Source of the DNA: an uncultured Clostridia bacterium
Lineage (GTDB): Bacteria; Bacillota; Clostridia; RUG12999
NCBI GenBank assembly: GCA_934792465.1
Contig: CAKVOK010000008.1
Location: 3,206-67,205, forward strand
Reading direction: 5' to 3'
DNA: 64,000 bases
Positions 27,365-37,673 of the stretch are shown in pieces. Position numbers and translations under genes: made by a program. The first letter of the stretch is position 1, and each line of letters opens with the position of its first letter. The notes below the pieces were generated by a model. That model searched no databases. It was not told the DNA's origin and was given only the letters and a program-made list of their open reading frames with translations.

Positions 27365-29395
27365 ATGAAAAAAATACTGGCAATTATCTGTACAGTGCTG
27401 ATGATGGGCGCAGCAATGCCGAGCACACTGGCAGCAGACACCGCTGTAGGGGAATACAGCTGGGACTTTGAGGACGGCAATATACCGGAGCAGTTCACGC
27501 AAATGTCAAAAGAAGCTCCGTACAACGTACATGGCGACCCGCTCGGACAGCACGGCAAAACTTTTAGAATTTGGAACGGTTTGGGCGGAAAAGGACAAAA
27601 CGACGGTTTCCTGAATCAAAACAACTTCGGTGTAATTATTACTCCGGACGGCTGGGCTGATAATGCGGTAAACGATACCATGGTTATTGCAAGCGCAGAT
27701 TTCATGATGCCGAGATACAGAGAAGCATTGAACGTTATCTCGCCGTATAACAGCGGAAATATTTATGGATTTGAGGGTTCTGTTCAGGTTATGCTCGACA
27801 GAAACGTTGTGTTTAATACCGGAAGAGAAAAAATTATAATCGGTGAAGTAGATATTAACGAATGGCATACCACAGCTGTTAAATACTCGCTTTCTTCTGC
27901 GGATAATACAACGGCAGACGTATATCTTGACGGTGTAAAGGTGCTTGAAAATATCACGGTTCCGGGTCTTACAAACGGAATAAACGGCTTCAGACTTTCT
28001 ATGAACTGTAATTCCACGGACGCAGAATTTGCAGCTTCGGTTCGTGCCGATGACAGAAATGAGATGGCTTATTTCGATAATATATACATAGGAACAAATA
28101 CCGCCAATCTCGAAAAATTCCAAGTGACGGGAACAAGCTTCTCTCATGCAACACCGAATAAAGTAACGGTGCATTTTAACGGTGCTGCCGACACAAACGA
28201 TTTCGCTGCCGATACTCTGATAGCAAAAACAGGCGATACAAATATTGAAATTGCTTCCGCAGAATGGACAAACGGAAACAAAGACCTTGTTATAGATTTC
28301 GGCAATGCACTCACATTCGGAAATACATACAGCATAATACTTCCGTCAATCGCTTCTGCAAGCGGTGCTGCCGAATATGAAGGCGGAACGGTTTCCTTTG
28401 AAGCGAAAGCCGGTCTTAATATTGTTGAAAATAATTTTGAAAGCATGGACAGCATAAAATCCGTTTCTTTGAAATCAGCAAGAGGAAAAGAACTTCCGGG
28501 CACTATTAAAGACGGAGCGTTAAGAGTTTGCTGCGGCGTCGGCGGCGGTGGCGGCGACGGTACGTACGGTGACAGAAACCAAAACGGACTGGAAATTTAT
28601 CAGGACGGTTTGGGCAACTACGCAGGTTATATTATAATAAGCTGGAAGATGATGGTTGAAAAAGACAATATTACGGCTGTTATGGCTCCTCGTTCAACTT
28701 CAAACGGATATTTTGAAGGACTTTATTTCGGTGTAAAAGGAACGAATGTAATATGCAATAATGATTCGACTGTCGTAGGTACGGTACAGCCGGGCGAATG
28801 GCATACATATACAGTTAAATATAACATTGCTCCGGGTTCGAAAGCTTGGGCGTGGGAATATTATCTTGACGGCGAAAAAGTAAGTGCAAGCGCTCTCGGA
28901 AGCCATAGAAATAACTGTACTTCGCTTACACTTATAGTAAATGTAAACGTAGATGATGCGACACTTGCGGAAACACCTCGCTACGACAACAGAGGCGAAT
29001 ATTTCAATATAGACGATATGGTTGTTTCTACGGAAACAGGTCTTTACAGTGCCTACACGGGCGGAGATTTCGCTTCGGCATACGGCGCATACATGGATAA
29101 TTTGAACGAAACAAGCATAAATACCTATATTTGCTATACAAACGGCAAGCTCAGAGGTGTCGACGGCAGCGTTGACGCAAGCATTATATCCGGACTTTCG
29201 GGCAATGCCTGCGCAGCTGTTTACGATGAAAACGGCAAGCTGAAAAGCGTTGCTGTAAAAGGCTTCGACCTTGAAGCCGGAGAAGCCGCACATCTTGCAT
29301 GGGTTCTCGAAAATGTCGAAGAAACGGACAAAATCCGAACTTTCGTTTGGAACGGTTCTTCCGCTCCGTATGTATCGGCAAATCCGTTACAGTAA
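27365..29395 (+). CDS. Secreted protein: LamG-like module, Big_5/SbsA-type Ig domain, second LamG-like module, C-terminal beta-rich tail
   Basis: Signal peptide MKKILAIICTVLMMGAAMPSTLAA. LamG_3-like signatures WHTTAVKYSLSS...VYLDGVKV ... AYFDNIYIG and WHTYTVKYNI...YYLDGEKV ... EYFNIDDMVVS. The Ig-like segment ends ...FGNTYSIILPS. Confidence 0.6.
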   Translation: MKKILAIICTVLMMGAAMPSTLAADTAVGEYSWDFEDGNIPEQFTQMSKEAPYNVHGDPLGQHGKTFRIWNGLGGKGQNDGFLNQNNFGVIITPDGWADNAVNDTMVIASADFMMPRYREALNVISPYNSGNIYGFEGSVQVMLDRNVVFNTGREKIIIGEVDINEWHTTAVKYSLSSADNTTADVYLDGVKVLENITVPGLTNGINGFRLSMNCNSTDAEFAASVRADDRNEMAYFDNIYIGTNTANLEKFQVTGTSFSHATPNKVTVHFNGAADTNDFAADTLIAKTGDTNIEIASAEWTNGNKDLVIDFGNALTFGNTYSIILPSIASASGAAEYEGGTVSFEAKAGLNIVENNFESMDSIKSVSLKSARGKELPGTIKDGALRVCCGVGGGGGDGTYGDRNQNGLEIYQDGLGNYAGYIIISWKMMVEKDNITAVMAPRSTSNGYFEGLYFGVKGTNVICNNDSTVVGTVQPGEWHTYTVKYNIAPGSKAWAWEYYLDGEKVSASALGSHRNNCTSLTLIVNVNVDDATLAETPRYDNRGEYFNIDDMVVSTETGLYSAYTGGDFASAYGAYMDNLNETSINTYICYTNGKLRGVDGSVDASIISGLSGNACAAVYDENGKLKSVAVKGFDLEAGEAAHLAWVLENVEETDKIRTFVWNGSSAPYVSANPLQ

Positions 29396-29410
29396 AATTT
29401 TAAATTAACC

Positions 29411-29504
29411 GCAGGGCGATAAGGCACCGCACGAGCCTTTCAACTCCACAGCGCCCTGCGGCGTATAAAAGGTCATAATTGATTATTTGTGACCTTTTAT
29501 ACGC
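29411..29504 (+). other. Two abutting intercistronic stem-loops
   Basis: CCGCAGGGCG (29411-29420) pairs with CGCCCTGCGG (29451-29460). Directly after it, a perfect 15-bp stem pairs GCGTATAAAAGGTCA (29461-29475) with TGACCTTTTATACGC (29490-29504). There is no U-run, and the structure ends 10 nt before the next RBS. Confidence 0.5.
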
Positions 29505-29524
29505 TATGTGATTGGAGGAAAATC

Positions 29525-32473
29525 ATGAAAAAATTTTTATCTTTTATGCTTACTTTTGCTTTATGTTTTTGCGGTACGGCGTTTTGTTATACGCCGGAAT
29601 ATGATATATCATACGACACGGCGGAATCCCTCGGACATACGCTCACGGCAACGTATATCGAAAGAAGTCTGACGACATACGAGGACGGCAAGCCCATTTC
29701 CTGCGTATCGATATCAGGAAGCGACGGAGCGCTTATAAATATCGTGGATATAAACGCTGCGAAAGTCCTCCGTACATTTAAAATGGATTTTTCGGGGTAT
29801 TTCTATTTCGGAGCGGTAAACTACGAAAACTTCAATGTATATATGGGAATAGGAAGACACGTCGTGGAATATAATCCGACGACGAAGAAAGCGACAGACC
29901 TCGGAGCTGTACCGACAACAAATTCGGGAACGGTAAACGGTGCGGCCGTTGACTCCGAAACCGGCGATGTATTCGGTGTGGCAACTCCGTATTCGTATAT
30001 ATGGAAATACGATGTTTCGGAAAAGAAATTAAGCACTTTCACAACGACCCTTTCGGGTTCGGCGGGATTGAACGGGCTTGCAATATCGGGAAATTATATT
30101 TATGTTTATGCGCAGGACAGCAATAAAAACCCGGTTATGGCGAAAATTAACAAAGCGAATGCGTCGGACATTACATATATAAGCTTGCCTACAGATTTCG
30201 GCACGCCTACCTCCGTAGGTCAGATATATTCCGGCGGAAACCGCATAATAGCGCAGATAAACTCAAGCTCGGGTACATATATGAGGATTTACACTATCGA
30301 TACCGGCGTATGGGAAAAGACAAAATTTCAAATGGGTACGACAAGCATGACGGATATGTTTGAAAATAAGTTTTATTACGCATATAACGGCTATCTCTGT
30401 TCCATAGACGTAACAACGCTTAAGATTACGGAATACAGAAGTATAAGGATAGGCTCTCATCTGCGGGGAAACGGAATGTTCATAGAATATGAGGGTATGT
30501 CGGGATATTCTTTTGTAAATTCGCAGTACGGAGGAAATCTGTATGCCATAAACCCGGCACTCGGGAAATCGGTGCAAATACCGGTTACATTGAAAGGTGC
30601 GACAATAGCTCACAGAATTTCACGGCTCGGAGTGGACGGCAGAATATATGTCGGCGGCTTCAAGGCGTCAAGCGGTGCGGCAGTGAATCCCGATACGGGA
30701 GAAAAAGAAACATATGCTTCCGACCAGACGGAGGGCATAACCGGTTACGGTACGAAAATGTATCTCGGCGGATATGCCGGCGGCGATATATACGAGCTTG
30801 ATACCACGAAACCGTATAAAAATGATTATAAAAGCAATCCGAAAAAAATATGCACTATAGGCGAGAATCAGATAAGACCTTTCGACCTTGAAGTGCTGAA
30901 CGGCGGAAAGACTCTTGCCGTAGCGTCGCAATGCGTTGCCGGTGAATACGGCGGTGCGCTTACAATCATAAATCTTGATACATATGCAAAAAAGGTATAC
31001 AGAAATATTGTTGCCGACCAAAATCTTGTTACGGTTACGAGCAAGGGAACCAAGGTTTATGCCGGTTCTACGATAACGAGCGGCGGAAACCTTGCCCCGA
31101 AAGCGGACAATGCTCATGTGATTGCATTTGATACGGAAACAGAAACCGTTACGGCAGATGTCGAATTGAAAATACCCGGCTGCGACAAGTCCATACCTAT
31201 TGTAAAAGGACTTGTCACAGGAGCGGACGGCGATATATACGGATATACACCGGGAGCATATTTCGTTTTGGATTCCGAAACGCTGGAAATGAAGAGGTAC
31301 AATCTTTTTGACGAATCGCAGATTGAAACAGACCGTTCCGCTTCGCTTCAGCTATGGCACGAAACGTTTATGCAGTTCGACCCGACAAGCGGATATTTAA
31401 TAGTAAACGGAACGTTTGTAAATCCGATTACGCTGAAAGATATTGCAACACCTCCGCAGGACCTTGCTTCGGCAATGTTTGCCGGAATTTCGGAGAACGG
31501 CACGGCATATTTTGTGGATTCAAACACAACTTTGTATAAAATAAAGGTATTTTGCAATGAAGTGCCGAAAGAAATATATACGGAGAGTTTTGACGGCGGC
31601 GAAAGCACGGTATTTTCCAATGTGGGGCTCAGACGTCCGCAGGCATTGCCGACAGAATATATAAACGGCGCTGCGAGAATATGTGCCGGTATAGGCAGCG
31701 GATACGGTGACGGCGGATATAAAGACAAAAATTTGCGGTCATGCGAAATACTGAACAGCCGTATGAGCAGCGGTTATACCGGAAAGCTGATTGCAGCCGC
31801 AGATATAATGCTTGAAAAAGATAATATAACGGCGGTTTTGGCGCCGAGAGGAACTCATTACGGCGATTTCGGAGGACTTTATTTCGGATTCTGCGGAACA
31901 AATGTTGTAGCGCAAGACGAAACGGTCGGCAAGATAAGCGTCGGCAAATGGTACAGGCTGACGGCAAAATATAATATAACCGGAAGTACATGGTGCGGTG
32001 AATATTATCTTGACGGAGTGAAAGTCGGTGAGGCACAGACATCATACAGTGTTCCGTGCGTTTCCTTAAGTCTGAATATAAACGTTAATGCAGATGAATC
32101 AACGACTACGGAAACACGCTTCGACAGCAGGGGAGAATATTTCAGAATAGATAATCTCGCCGTATCAGCAGACGAAGATTTGTATGAAAGCTACAGCGGC
32201 GGTGTTTTCGGGAAATTCGATATGAACACGGAATTTTCGGAGAAATACGCAACAACGCATATCAGCGCAGGATTCTTTGAGAATGCCGAGGGCAATATTT
32301 ATACCGCATATTACAGCGGCGGAAAGCTTGTAAAGGCTGAAAAAACACCGTTTAATGTTAAAAAATACAGAGATGCGTATTTTGTGACAGATACGGAAAA
32401 TTGTGATGAAACAAAGGTTTTTGCATGGGGAGCGGACGGCGAACCGAAATGCATACCGAATATCAAACAATAA
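29525..32473 (+). CDS. Secreted protein: beta-propeller-like core of about 690 aa, LamG-like module, C-terminal tail
   Basis: GGAGG sits 6 nt before the ATG at 29525, followed by a signal peptide. Blade-like motifs recur (GNYIYVYA, GGNLYAIN, DGRIYVGG, GGDIYELD, GTKVYAGS, DGDIYGYTPG). The C-terminus carries WYRLTAKYNI...YYLDGVKV...EYFRIDNLAVS. Confidence 0.6.
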   Translation: MKKFLSFMLTFALCFCGTAFCYTPEYDISYDTAESLGHTLTATYIERSLTTYEDGKPISCVSISGSDGALINIVDINAAKVLRTFKMDFSGYFYFGAVNYENFNVYMGIGRHVVEYNPTTKKATDLGAVPTTNSGTVNGAAVDSETGDVFGVATPYSYIWKYDVSEKKLSTFTTTLSGSAGLNGLAISGNYIYVYAQDSNKNPVMAKINKANASDITYISLPTDFGTPTSVGQIYSGGNRIIAQINSSSGTYMRIYTIDTGVWEKTKFQMGTTSMTDMFENKFYYAYNGYLCSIDVTTLKITEYRSIRIGSHLRGNGMFIEYEGMSGYSFVNSQYGGNLYAINPALGKSVQIPVTLKGATIAHRISRLGVDGRIYVGGFKASSGAAVNPDTGEKETYASDQTEGITGYGTKMYLGGYAGGDIYELDTTKPYKNDYKSNPKKICTIGENQIRPFDLEVLNGGKTLAVASQCVAGEYGGALTIINLDTYAKKVYRNIVADQNLVTVTSKGTKVYAGSTITSGGNLAPKADNAHVIAFDTETETVTADVELKIPGCDKSIPIVKGLVTGADGDIYGYTPGAYFVLDSETLEMKRYNLFDESQIETDRSASLQLWHETFMQFDPTSGYLIVNGTFVNPITLKDIATPPQDLASAMFAGISENGTAYFVDSNTTLYKIKVFCNEVPKEIYTESFDGGESTVFSNVGLRRPQALPTEYINGAARICAGIGSGYGDGGYKDKNLRSCEILNSRMSSGYTGKLIAAADIMLEKDNITAVLAPRGTHYGDFGGLYFGFCGTNVVAQDETVGKISVGKWYRLTAKYNITGSTWCGEYYLDGVKVGEAQTSYSVPCVSLSLNINVNADESTTTETRFDSRGEYFRIDNLAVSADEDLYESYSGGVFGKFDMNTEFSEKYATTHISAGFFENAEGNIYTAYYSGGKLVKAEKTPFNVKKYRDAYFVTDTENCDETKVFAWGADGEPKCIPNIKQ

Positions 32474-32497
32474 ATAATCATGAAAGGAAAGAAGAAT

Positions 32498-35011
32498 ATG
32501 TTAAAAAGGTTTATGGGAATCTGCCTTGCGGCGATAATGCTTGCCGCAACGGTATCAGCTGCCGAGGATACGGCAAGGGAAGAAGTGGCATACGGAAAAC
32601 CGCAGTCGCTTGGTTATACCCTTACGGCGGCATATACAGAGCGTTCACTCACGACGCTTGAGGACGGGAAACCGATTACCTGTGTTTCCGCTTCGACGAC
32701 GGAGGGTGCAATTATAAATGTTGTAGACATTGACGATGAAAAATTATTGCGCACATTTAAAATGAAATTCAGCGGATATATGTATTTCGGAGCTGTAAAC
32801 CACGAAACACATATTGTATATATGGGTATCGGAAACCACCTTGTGGAATACAATCCCGAAACGAAAAACGTTACAGACCTTGGTAGGGTTCCGACAACAA
32901 ATTCGGGAAATGTAAACTGGGCGGCAATTGATTATGAAACCGGCAATGTCTGGGGAGCAGCTTCCGTATACTCCGGTATATGGAAATTTGATGTTAAGAC
33001 ACGGCAGCTTTCTACATTTAAGACTATGGTAGATGGAGATACAAAGGGCATAGGCGGAATAGATATTTTAAACGGCTATCTGTATGTACGCGGACAAAAT
33101 TCCGACAGAAAAGAATGCCTTGCAAAAATAAACAAAGACAATGCGGACGACGTAACTTATTACGACCCGCCGTCATATCTCACGAACGTGACGAGTATAG
33201 GACAGATATACGCCGGCGGCAAATATATAATAGCACGAATTGATGCGGCGGAGGGAACGTGGAACTGCATTTTCAACACGGAAACGGAAAAATGGGAGGA
33301 CACGAAGTTTCAGGCGCATACAACGAGCATGACGGATATTTATGACGGCAAATTCTATTATTTATATGACCGGTATATCCATTCGATTGATATGGAAACT
33401 CTCGAATTTGAGGAATTTCCGGATTTGAAATACGGCTCTCACCTGCGAGGAAACGGTATGTTTGTGGAATTAAGCGACCCGGAAATGCCCGGATATTCGT
33501 TTATAACCGCCCAATACAGCGGCAATATATACGCACTTAACACCCAAAGCCAAAAGATGAAGAAAATTGATGTTGTACTCGTCGGCGGGCCGCTTATTCA
33601 CAGAATTTCAAGGCTCGGCAATGACGGCAGGATATATGTCGGCGCATTCAAAGGTTCTGTAGCTGCTGCCGTAAATCCGAATACCGGTGAAAAAGAATAT
33701 TTTTCCGGAGAACAGCCGGAGGGTATGTTCCCGTGGAAAGATAAAATGTTTGTCGGAGCATATGCCGGCGGAGATATTTATATGTTAGATACAACAAAAC
33801 CGTACAGCCTCGGAGTACATGATATAAATTCGGGAATGAACCCCGTAAAGCTGTGTACAATCGGTGAGGAACAAAACAGACCTTTCGATATAGACGTTGC
33901 GGAGGACAGAATCCTTGTTGCGGTATCGCAGCCGCACGCCGGAGAATACGGCGGCGCGCTTACTCTTATCGACCTCGAAACCTATGAAAAACACGTATTC
34001 AGAAACCTTGTCGAAAATCAAAGTCTGCTGACTGTATGCACGAAAGGAAATATCGCATATTTCGGTACAAGCATTACAAGCGGAGGAAATGCGAAGCCAT
34101 TAGCAAACAATGCGCACGTTACGGCGTTCAATGTCGATACGCATGAGGTAGTTCGTGATGTGGAGCTTAAAATACCCGGCTGTGCGAAAGCAATTCCCTG
34201 GGTAAGAGGATTGGTTATCGGACCGGACGGCGATTTGTACGGATATACACCCGGCGGATATTTCGTAATGAATCCCGACACGCTCGAAATAAAACGTTCC
34301 AATATGTTTGACGACAGTCAGATTATAACGGACAGAAGCGATACATTGCAGCTTTGGCATCAGACGCAGATGGAATTTGACAAACGCACGGGATATTTGA
34401 TAGTAAACGGTACGTTTGCAGACCCGGATACTCTCGAAAATGTATTAACACCTCCGGCAGAATTGAAAGACGCTATGTGGGCGGGAACAGACGATAATAA
34501 TATGGCATATTTCGTTGACACTTCGACAACGCTGTACAAAGTACCAATGATATACGGTGATGATAAATCATATCTGATAAGCGATATGACGTTCCTGCTC
34601 GGAAACAAGCTTTATTCGTCGGGAACAGCCTCTGATATTGCCGTATACAAAGAAAACGGCAGAACAATGGTGCCGGTAAGGCTGTTTGCGGCGGCTATGG
34701 GAGCAAGTGTGAATTATGATGCGGAAACAAGCACTGTCGAACTCACCAATGCCGACGGAAAAAGTCTTAAGTTTATTACAAATGACAACAAGACGGTAAA
34801 CGGCAATGGCGAAGTAAAGAAAATAGGTGCTGTGCTTAAAGAGGAAAACGGTGTTTCGTATCTTCCTCTCCCATACTTTGCGGAGTTCTGCGGAAAAGAA
34901 ACGGTAAACGGCGAATACGGAACGGTGTTCATTACGGATAAGGGCAAAAATATAAACGACAATCCGGCTGCGCTTGAATATATTTACAGCGAATTATGCG
35001 GCGAAAAATAA
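32498..35011 (+). CDS. Secreted paralogue of the preceding beta-propeller-like protein with a C-terminal copper-amine-oxidase-N-like (stalk) domain
   Basis: It is collinear and highly similar to the previous gene over about 690 aa (for example HRISRLG.DGRIYVG.FK, AGGDIY.LDTTKPY, AGEYGGALT, ELKIPGC.K.IP). The C-terminus VPVRLFAAAMGASVNYDAETSTVELT...SYLPLPYFAEFCG is typical of Cu_amine_oxidN1 stalk domains. The start could be 32480 or 32498; the latter has an AGGA upstream. Confidence 0.6.
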   Translation: MLKRFMGICLAAIMLAATVSAAEDTAREEVAYGKPQSLGYTLTAAYTERSLTTLEDGKPITCVSASTTEGAIINVVDIDDEKLLRTFKMKFSGYMYFGAVNHETHIVYMGIGNHLVEYNPETKNVTDLGRVPTTNSGNVNWAAIDYETGNVWGAASVYSGIWKFDVKTRQLSTFKTMVDGDTKGIGGIDILNGYLYVRGQNSDRKECLAKINKDNADDVTYYDPPSYLTNVTSIGQIYAGGKYIIARIDAAEGTWNCIFNTETEKWEDTKFQAHTTSMTDIYDGKFYYLYDRYIHSIDMETLEFEEFPDLKYGSHLRGNGMFVELSDPEMPGYSFITAQYSGNIYALNTQSQKMKKIDVVLVGGPLIHRISRLGNDGRIYVGAFKGSVAAAVNPNTGEKEYFSGEQPEGMFPWKDKMFVGAYAGGDIYMLDTTKPYSLGVHDINSGMNPVKLCTIGEEQNRPFDIDVAEDRILVAVSQPHAGEYGGALTLIDLETYEKHVFRNLVENQSLLTVCTKGNIAYFGTSITSGGNAKPLANNAHVTAFNVDTHEVVRDVELKIPGCAKAIPWVRGLVIGPDGDLYGYTPGGYFVMNPDTLEIKRSNMFDDSQIITDRSDTLQLWHQTQMEFDKRTGYLIVNGTFADPDTLENVLTPPAELKDAMWAGTDDNNMAYFVDTSTTLYKVPMIYGDDKSYLISDMTFLLGNKLYSSGTASDIAVYKENGRTMVPVRLFAAAMGASVNYDAETSTVELTNADGKSLKFITNDNKTVNGNGEVKKIGAVLKEENGVSYLPLPYFAEFCGKETVNGEYGTVFITDKGKNINDNPAALEYIYSELCGEK

Positions 35012-35027
35012 AATAATTTCCGTTTGA

Positions 35028-35066
35028 CGGCTTATCTGCCCATGATAAGCCGCCGGGAGATTTTTT
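35028..35066 (+). terminator. Possible terminator after the second propeller gene
   Basis: CGGCTTATC (35028-35036) pairs with GATAAGCCG (35044-35052). A T6 run follows 8 nt downstream, which is non-canonical spacing. Confidence 0.35.
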
Positions 35067-35102
35067 ATAAATACCTGTGGGCAGAAAGGCTATGGAATCA
35101 TT

Positions 35103-37673
35103 GTGAAAATAAGAAATATTATACTCAGCTTTATTTTGGTTGTTTCATTTATAATACCGACGTTCGGCGTAACGGCATATGATGACGTTTCGGACTACAC
35201 GGAGGAAATAAACCTGCTTACCCGTATGGGATTTATGGACGGCGAAACAAGCGATTTGTTCTATCCGGACGATAAGATAGACAGAGCCGAAACCGTTAAA
35301 ATACTTATGCGCCTGCGCAATCTCCCAAGCGGCGGCGACGGCGAACAGCGCTTTATTGATGTTAAAAAAGATTATTATGTATTTGATGAAATAGATTCCG
35401 CCGTTGTAAACGGATATATCGGTGTGCCGGCAGACAGAAAATTCAATCCGGAAAGCCCGATTACGGCGGAGGACGCACTTTCGATACTTCTTCGGATAAT
35501 GAATTACGGAATATATCTCGATTCAACGGGAAAATCCGTTATAGCAACGGCTTCGGACGCAGGACTTCTTAAGGGCGTACGCCTTTCGGGAGGATATATC
35601 ACAAAAGGTCAGCTGGCGGCAGTTATATACAATTCGTTTTCATGCGGAATGCCGGAAATATCTTCCGTTTCCTCGGATTCCACAAAGCTTGACAGCAGCG
35701 ACAAGACCACGCTTTCGTATCATGATATGAAGCTGATAAAAGGCGTTGTAACATCGACCGATGTGTCCGGAATATATTACAGTGCAAAGCCGCTTGCAAA
35801 AGGCAAGATAATGATAGGCGATACCGAATATATCAGAACGTCCGAAGAACAAACGGAGTATCTCGGATATGCCGTGGACGCAATAATAACGGACGATTCT
35901 GAAGAAACGACTCAAAAGCTTCTGTATTGTCTGCGCAGCGAAAACAACACGGAAGAAACCATAGATTTGGAAGATATAACGGACGTAAACGGCTACAAAA
36001 TATCTTACAGCACGAACGACAGAAAGAAAACTTTGAATCTGAAGGAAAGGGATTGTATAATATACAACGGCACGGCGGTTAAATACAGCCCGGATTATAT
36101 AAAAGATGCCAACGGCACAATAACTACACTCGAAAACGCTTTTGCGGAACGAATCGTATTTATAGATTCGTATGTGAGCTACGGTGTGGCTTCCGTAAAC
36201 ATAAACGAAAAGCAAATAAACCTTGCGAACGGAACATTTAATAACAAAACATATATAGACCTCGATAACGACGATTATAAGGCGATACGTATTTATATGG
36301 ACGGTGCGGAAATAAGTTTTTCCGATATTTTAATCGGCGACGTAATAAGCGTTATGGGGTCGGATAGATTTATAAAAATAATCAACTGCCGAAGCGCACG
36401 TGAAATATCCGTAAGCGGCATAACCGATGATGATAAAGTGATGGCGGACGGCAAGGAATACGAAATAGGCAAATATTGCACCGGCAAGGATATTTTAAAT
36501 ATCGGTACATCATTTTCGGTAACGCTTGATGTATACGGCAGAATTATGTCGTTTAAGAAAATATCCGAAACCGATGTCTACGGCTGCATACTCAAAACGA
36601 AGTATGAAGATGCGGAGGACAAAGGATATGTAAAGATTCTCGATGCGGATTCAAAGATAAATTCATACGAATTTACAGATAAGGTTAAATATACAAATGG
36701 TGATAAGATAAAAAGAATTTCCGCAAAAGAGGTTTGCGGCCTTATCGGAAATATTCAGGTAATCAAATATGTAAAAGACGGTTCGGGAAAGATAAAAGAG
36801 GTTAAACAGGCTGCGGACATAACGGACGACCTGCGTTATAACGAACAGATATTTACAAAATATCAGATAGCTTCCGCAAGGGCAAGCTATGTATCAATTG
36901 CCGGCGTCGGTTACGGAAATTGTAACGTATTTGTCGTACCGAATGCAGACGACAGCGGAAATGTGGACGAAAAAGGCTGCGGCGTGAAGCTCGGTTATTT
37001 CTCCGGCGGTTCAAACTACAACAGTATTACATTTTATGATGTGGGAACGGACGGTATGGCGAAAGCAGGTCTTGTGCGTGCAAATTCCGGTTCGAAAATA
37101 GACAACTATGCGGCAGGTCTTATACTCGTTGAAAAGACGGGCAAGGTACTCGGCAGCGACGAAACCGAGAAAACGGCTGTAATAGGTTACAGCGGCGGAA
37201 ACCGCGTTACATATGCGGTAGCGGATAATTATTCCGGCGATTTTAATCCGGAGGATTTGAGTCTCGGCGACCTCATACTTATTGCAACCGATTCAAGGGG
37301 CGAAATAGGCAATATTCTTGTTTGCTACGATGACAGTGCAAACGTATGGGGAAACACAACGAATGCCGGTGCAGGTCAGTATTATACGGTTGAATGCTCG
37401 GTATATCACGGAACAGTGCGTTATTTCGACGGCAATACGCTGACGCTGGAATTCGGCGGCACACTGGCACAGCACCCCTACGGAACGTTTTTCCCGCAGA
37501 TGACAAACACGGTAAGTTCTGTTTATTATGTAAATAGGGAAACAAAAAAGATTTCTATGGGCGACATGAGCAAGATTGCGTCGAACAACTATTACAACGG
37601 CGCTGTCGGCTCGGAAGTTGTAACACGTTCAAACAGAGGCGGAGTTCAGGAGGTTGTGGTATATGAGAACTAA
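35103..37673 (+). CDS. Cell-surface protein with three N-terminal SLH domains and a large uncharacterised beta-rich body
   Basis: GTG start and signal peptide. SLH-like repeats: YDDVSDYTEEINLLTRMGFMDGETSDLFYPDDKIDRAETVKILMRL, then FIDVKKDYYVFDEIDSAVVNGYIG...FNPESPITAEDALSILLRI, then a third. Confidence 0.65.
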   Translation: MKIRNIILSFILVVSFIIPTFGVTAYDDVSDYTEEINLLTRMGFMDGETSDLFYPDDKIDRAETVKILMRLRNLPSGGDGEQRFIDVKKDYYVFDEIDSAVVNGYIGVPADRKFNPESPITAEDALSILLRIMNYGIYLDSTGKSVIATASDAGLLKGVRLSGGYITKGQLAAVIYNSFSCGMPEISSVSSDSTKLDSSDKTTLSYHDMKLIKGVVTSTDVSGIYYSAKPLAKGKIMIGDTEYIRTSEEQTEYLGYAVDAIITDDSEETTQKLLYCLRSENNTEETIDLEDITDVNGYKISYSTNDRKKTLNLKERDCIIYNGTAVKYSPDYIKDANGTITTLENAFAERIVFIDSYVSYGVASVNINEKQINLANGTFNNKTYIDLDNDDYKAIRIYMDGAEISFSDILIGDVISVMGSDRFIKIINCRSAREISVSGITDDDKVMADGKEYEIGKYCTGKDILNIGTSFSVTLDVYGRIMSFKKISETDVYGCILKTKYEDAEDKGYVKILDADSKINSYEFTDKVKYTNGDKIKRISAKEVCGLIGNIQVIKYVKDGSGKIKEVKQAADITDDLRYNEQIFTKYQIASARASYVSIAGVGYGNCNVFVVPNADDSGNVDEKGCGVKLGYFSGGSNYNSITFYDVGTDGMAKAGLVRANSGSKIDNYAAGLILVEKTGKVLGSDETEKTAVIGYSGGNRVTYAVADNYSGDFNPEDLSLGDLILIATDSRGEIGNILVCYDDSANVWGNTTNAGAGQYYTVECSVYHGTVRYFDGNTLTLEFGGTLAQHPYGTFFPQMTNTVSSVYYVNRETKKISMGDMSKIASNNYYNGAVGSEVVTRSNRGGVQEVVVYEN

